Source: an uncultured Bacilli bacterium | GTDB lineage: Bacteria > Bacillota_I > Bacilli_A > RFN20 > CAG-449 | Assembly (NCBI GenBank): GCA_947595215.1 | Contig: CANQEO010000006.1 | Coordinates: 1 to 63,326, forward strand | Reading direction: 5' to 3' | DNA length: 63,326 nucleotides | Part shown: piece after piece, positions 63,197 to 63,326 of the stretch | How the letters are laid out: the number at the start of each line of letters is the position of its first letter | How positions within the stretch are numbered: the stretch's first letter is position 1 | The notes under the pieces: model-generated | The model's database searches: none | The model's input: the letters and a program-made list of their open reading frames with translations, nothing else | What the model was told of the DNA's origin: nothing | Made by a program: the position numbers and the translations under genes

Positions 63197-63326
63197 AAAT
63201 ATTTCCTCTTATTTAGTTTACCATAAAGATTATATTCAAACAATAAAGCAAGAACAAAATCGATTTAACAATCGATAAGAACTTGGACTAGCATCCAAGT
63301 TTTTAATTTAATAAGATATAAATGTA

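Overview
Low-GC (~30%) chromosomal segment of a Bacillota (Firmicutes) bacterium using genetic code 11. The gene style suggests an uncultured gut Bacilli lineage such as RF39/RFN20 (inference only). The backbone is ordinary: cotJ, rarA, SPFH, acyl-CoA ligase, LemA/DUF2207, GH2/MFS, DegV, rplM-rpsI, PFOR, galU, HPr, alr, udk, Ku/LigD and five tRNAs. The main finding is an ~11 kb element integrated in tRNA-Thr(UGU), bounded by a 46-bp att duplication (20903-20948 / 31952-31997). It carries a broken tyrosine integrase, a deletion scar leaving only a DDLPF (SSB-type) tail, a run of membrane-anchored or secreted proteins, a large multi-TM Zot/pI-like ATPase and long DNA hairpins. This fits an inovirus-like (ssDNA, extrusion-type) prophage, though no small major coat gene is visible. 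Inside it, two PemK/MazF-like ORFs are each followed by a convergent, terminator-ended putative small RNA, one with a predicted H-type pseudoknot, a candidate new RNA-antitoxin arrangement. A second, heavily deleted copy of the same element family sits at tRNA-Lys(CUU). It keeps mainly the cis-acting hairpins plus a nuclease-like cargo gene, and is nested with a decayed large-serine-recombinase island carrying an aerolysin-like/GLUG lipoprotein. A possible third remnant lies next to tRNA-Leu. All family assignments come from motif recognition by eye; no searches were run.
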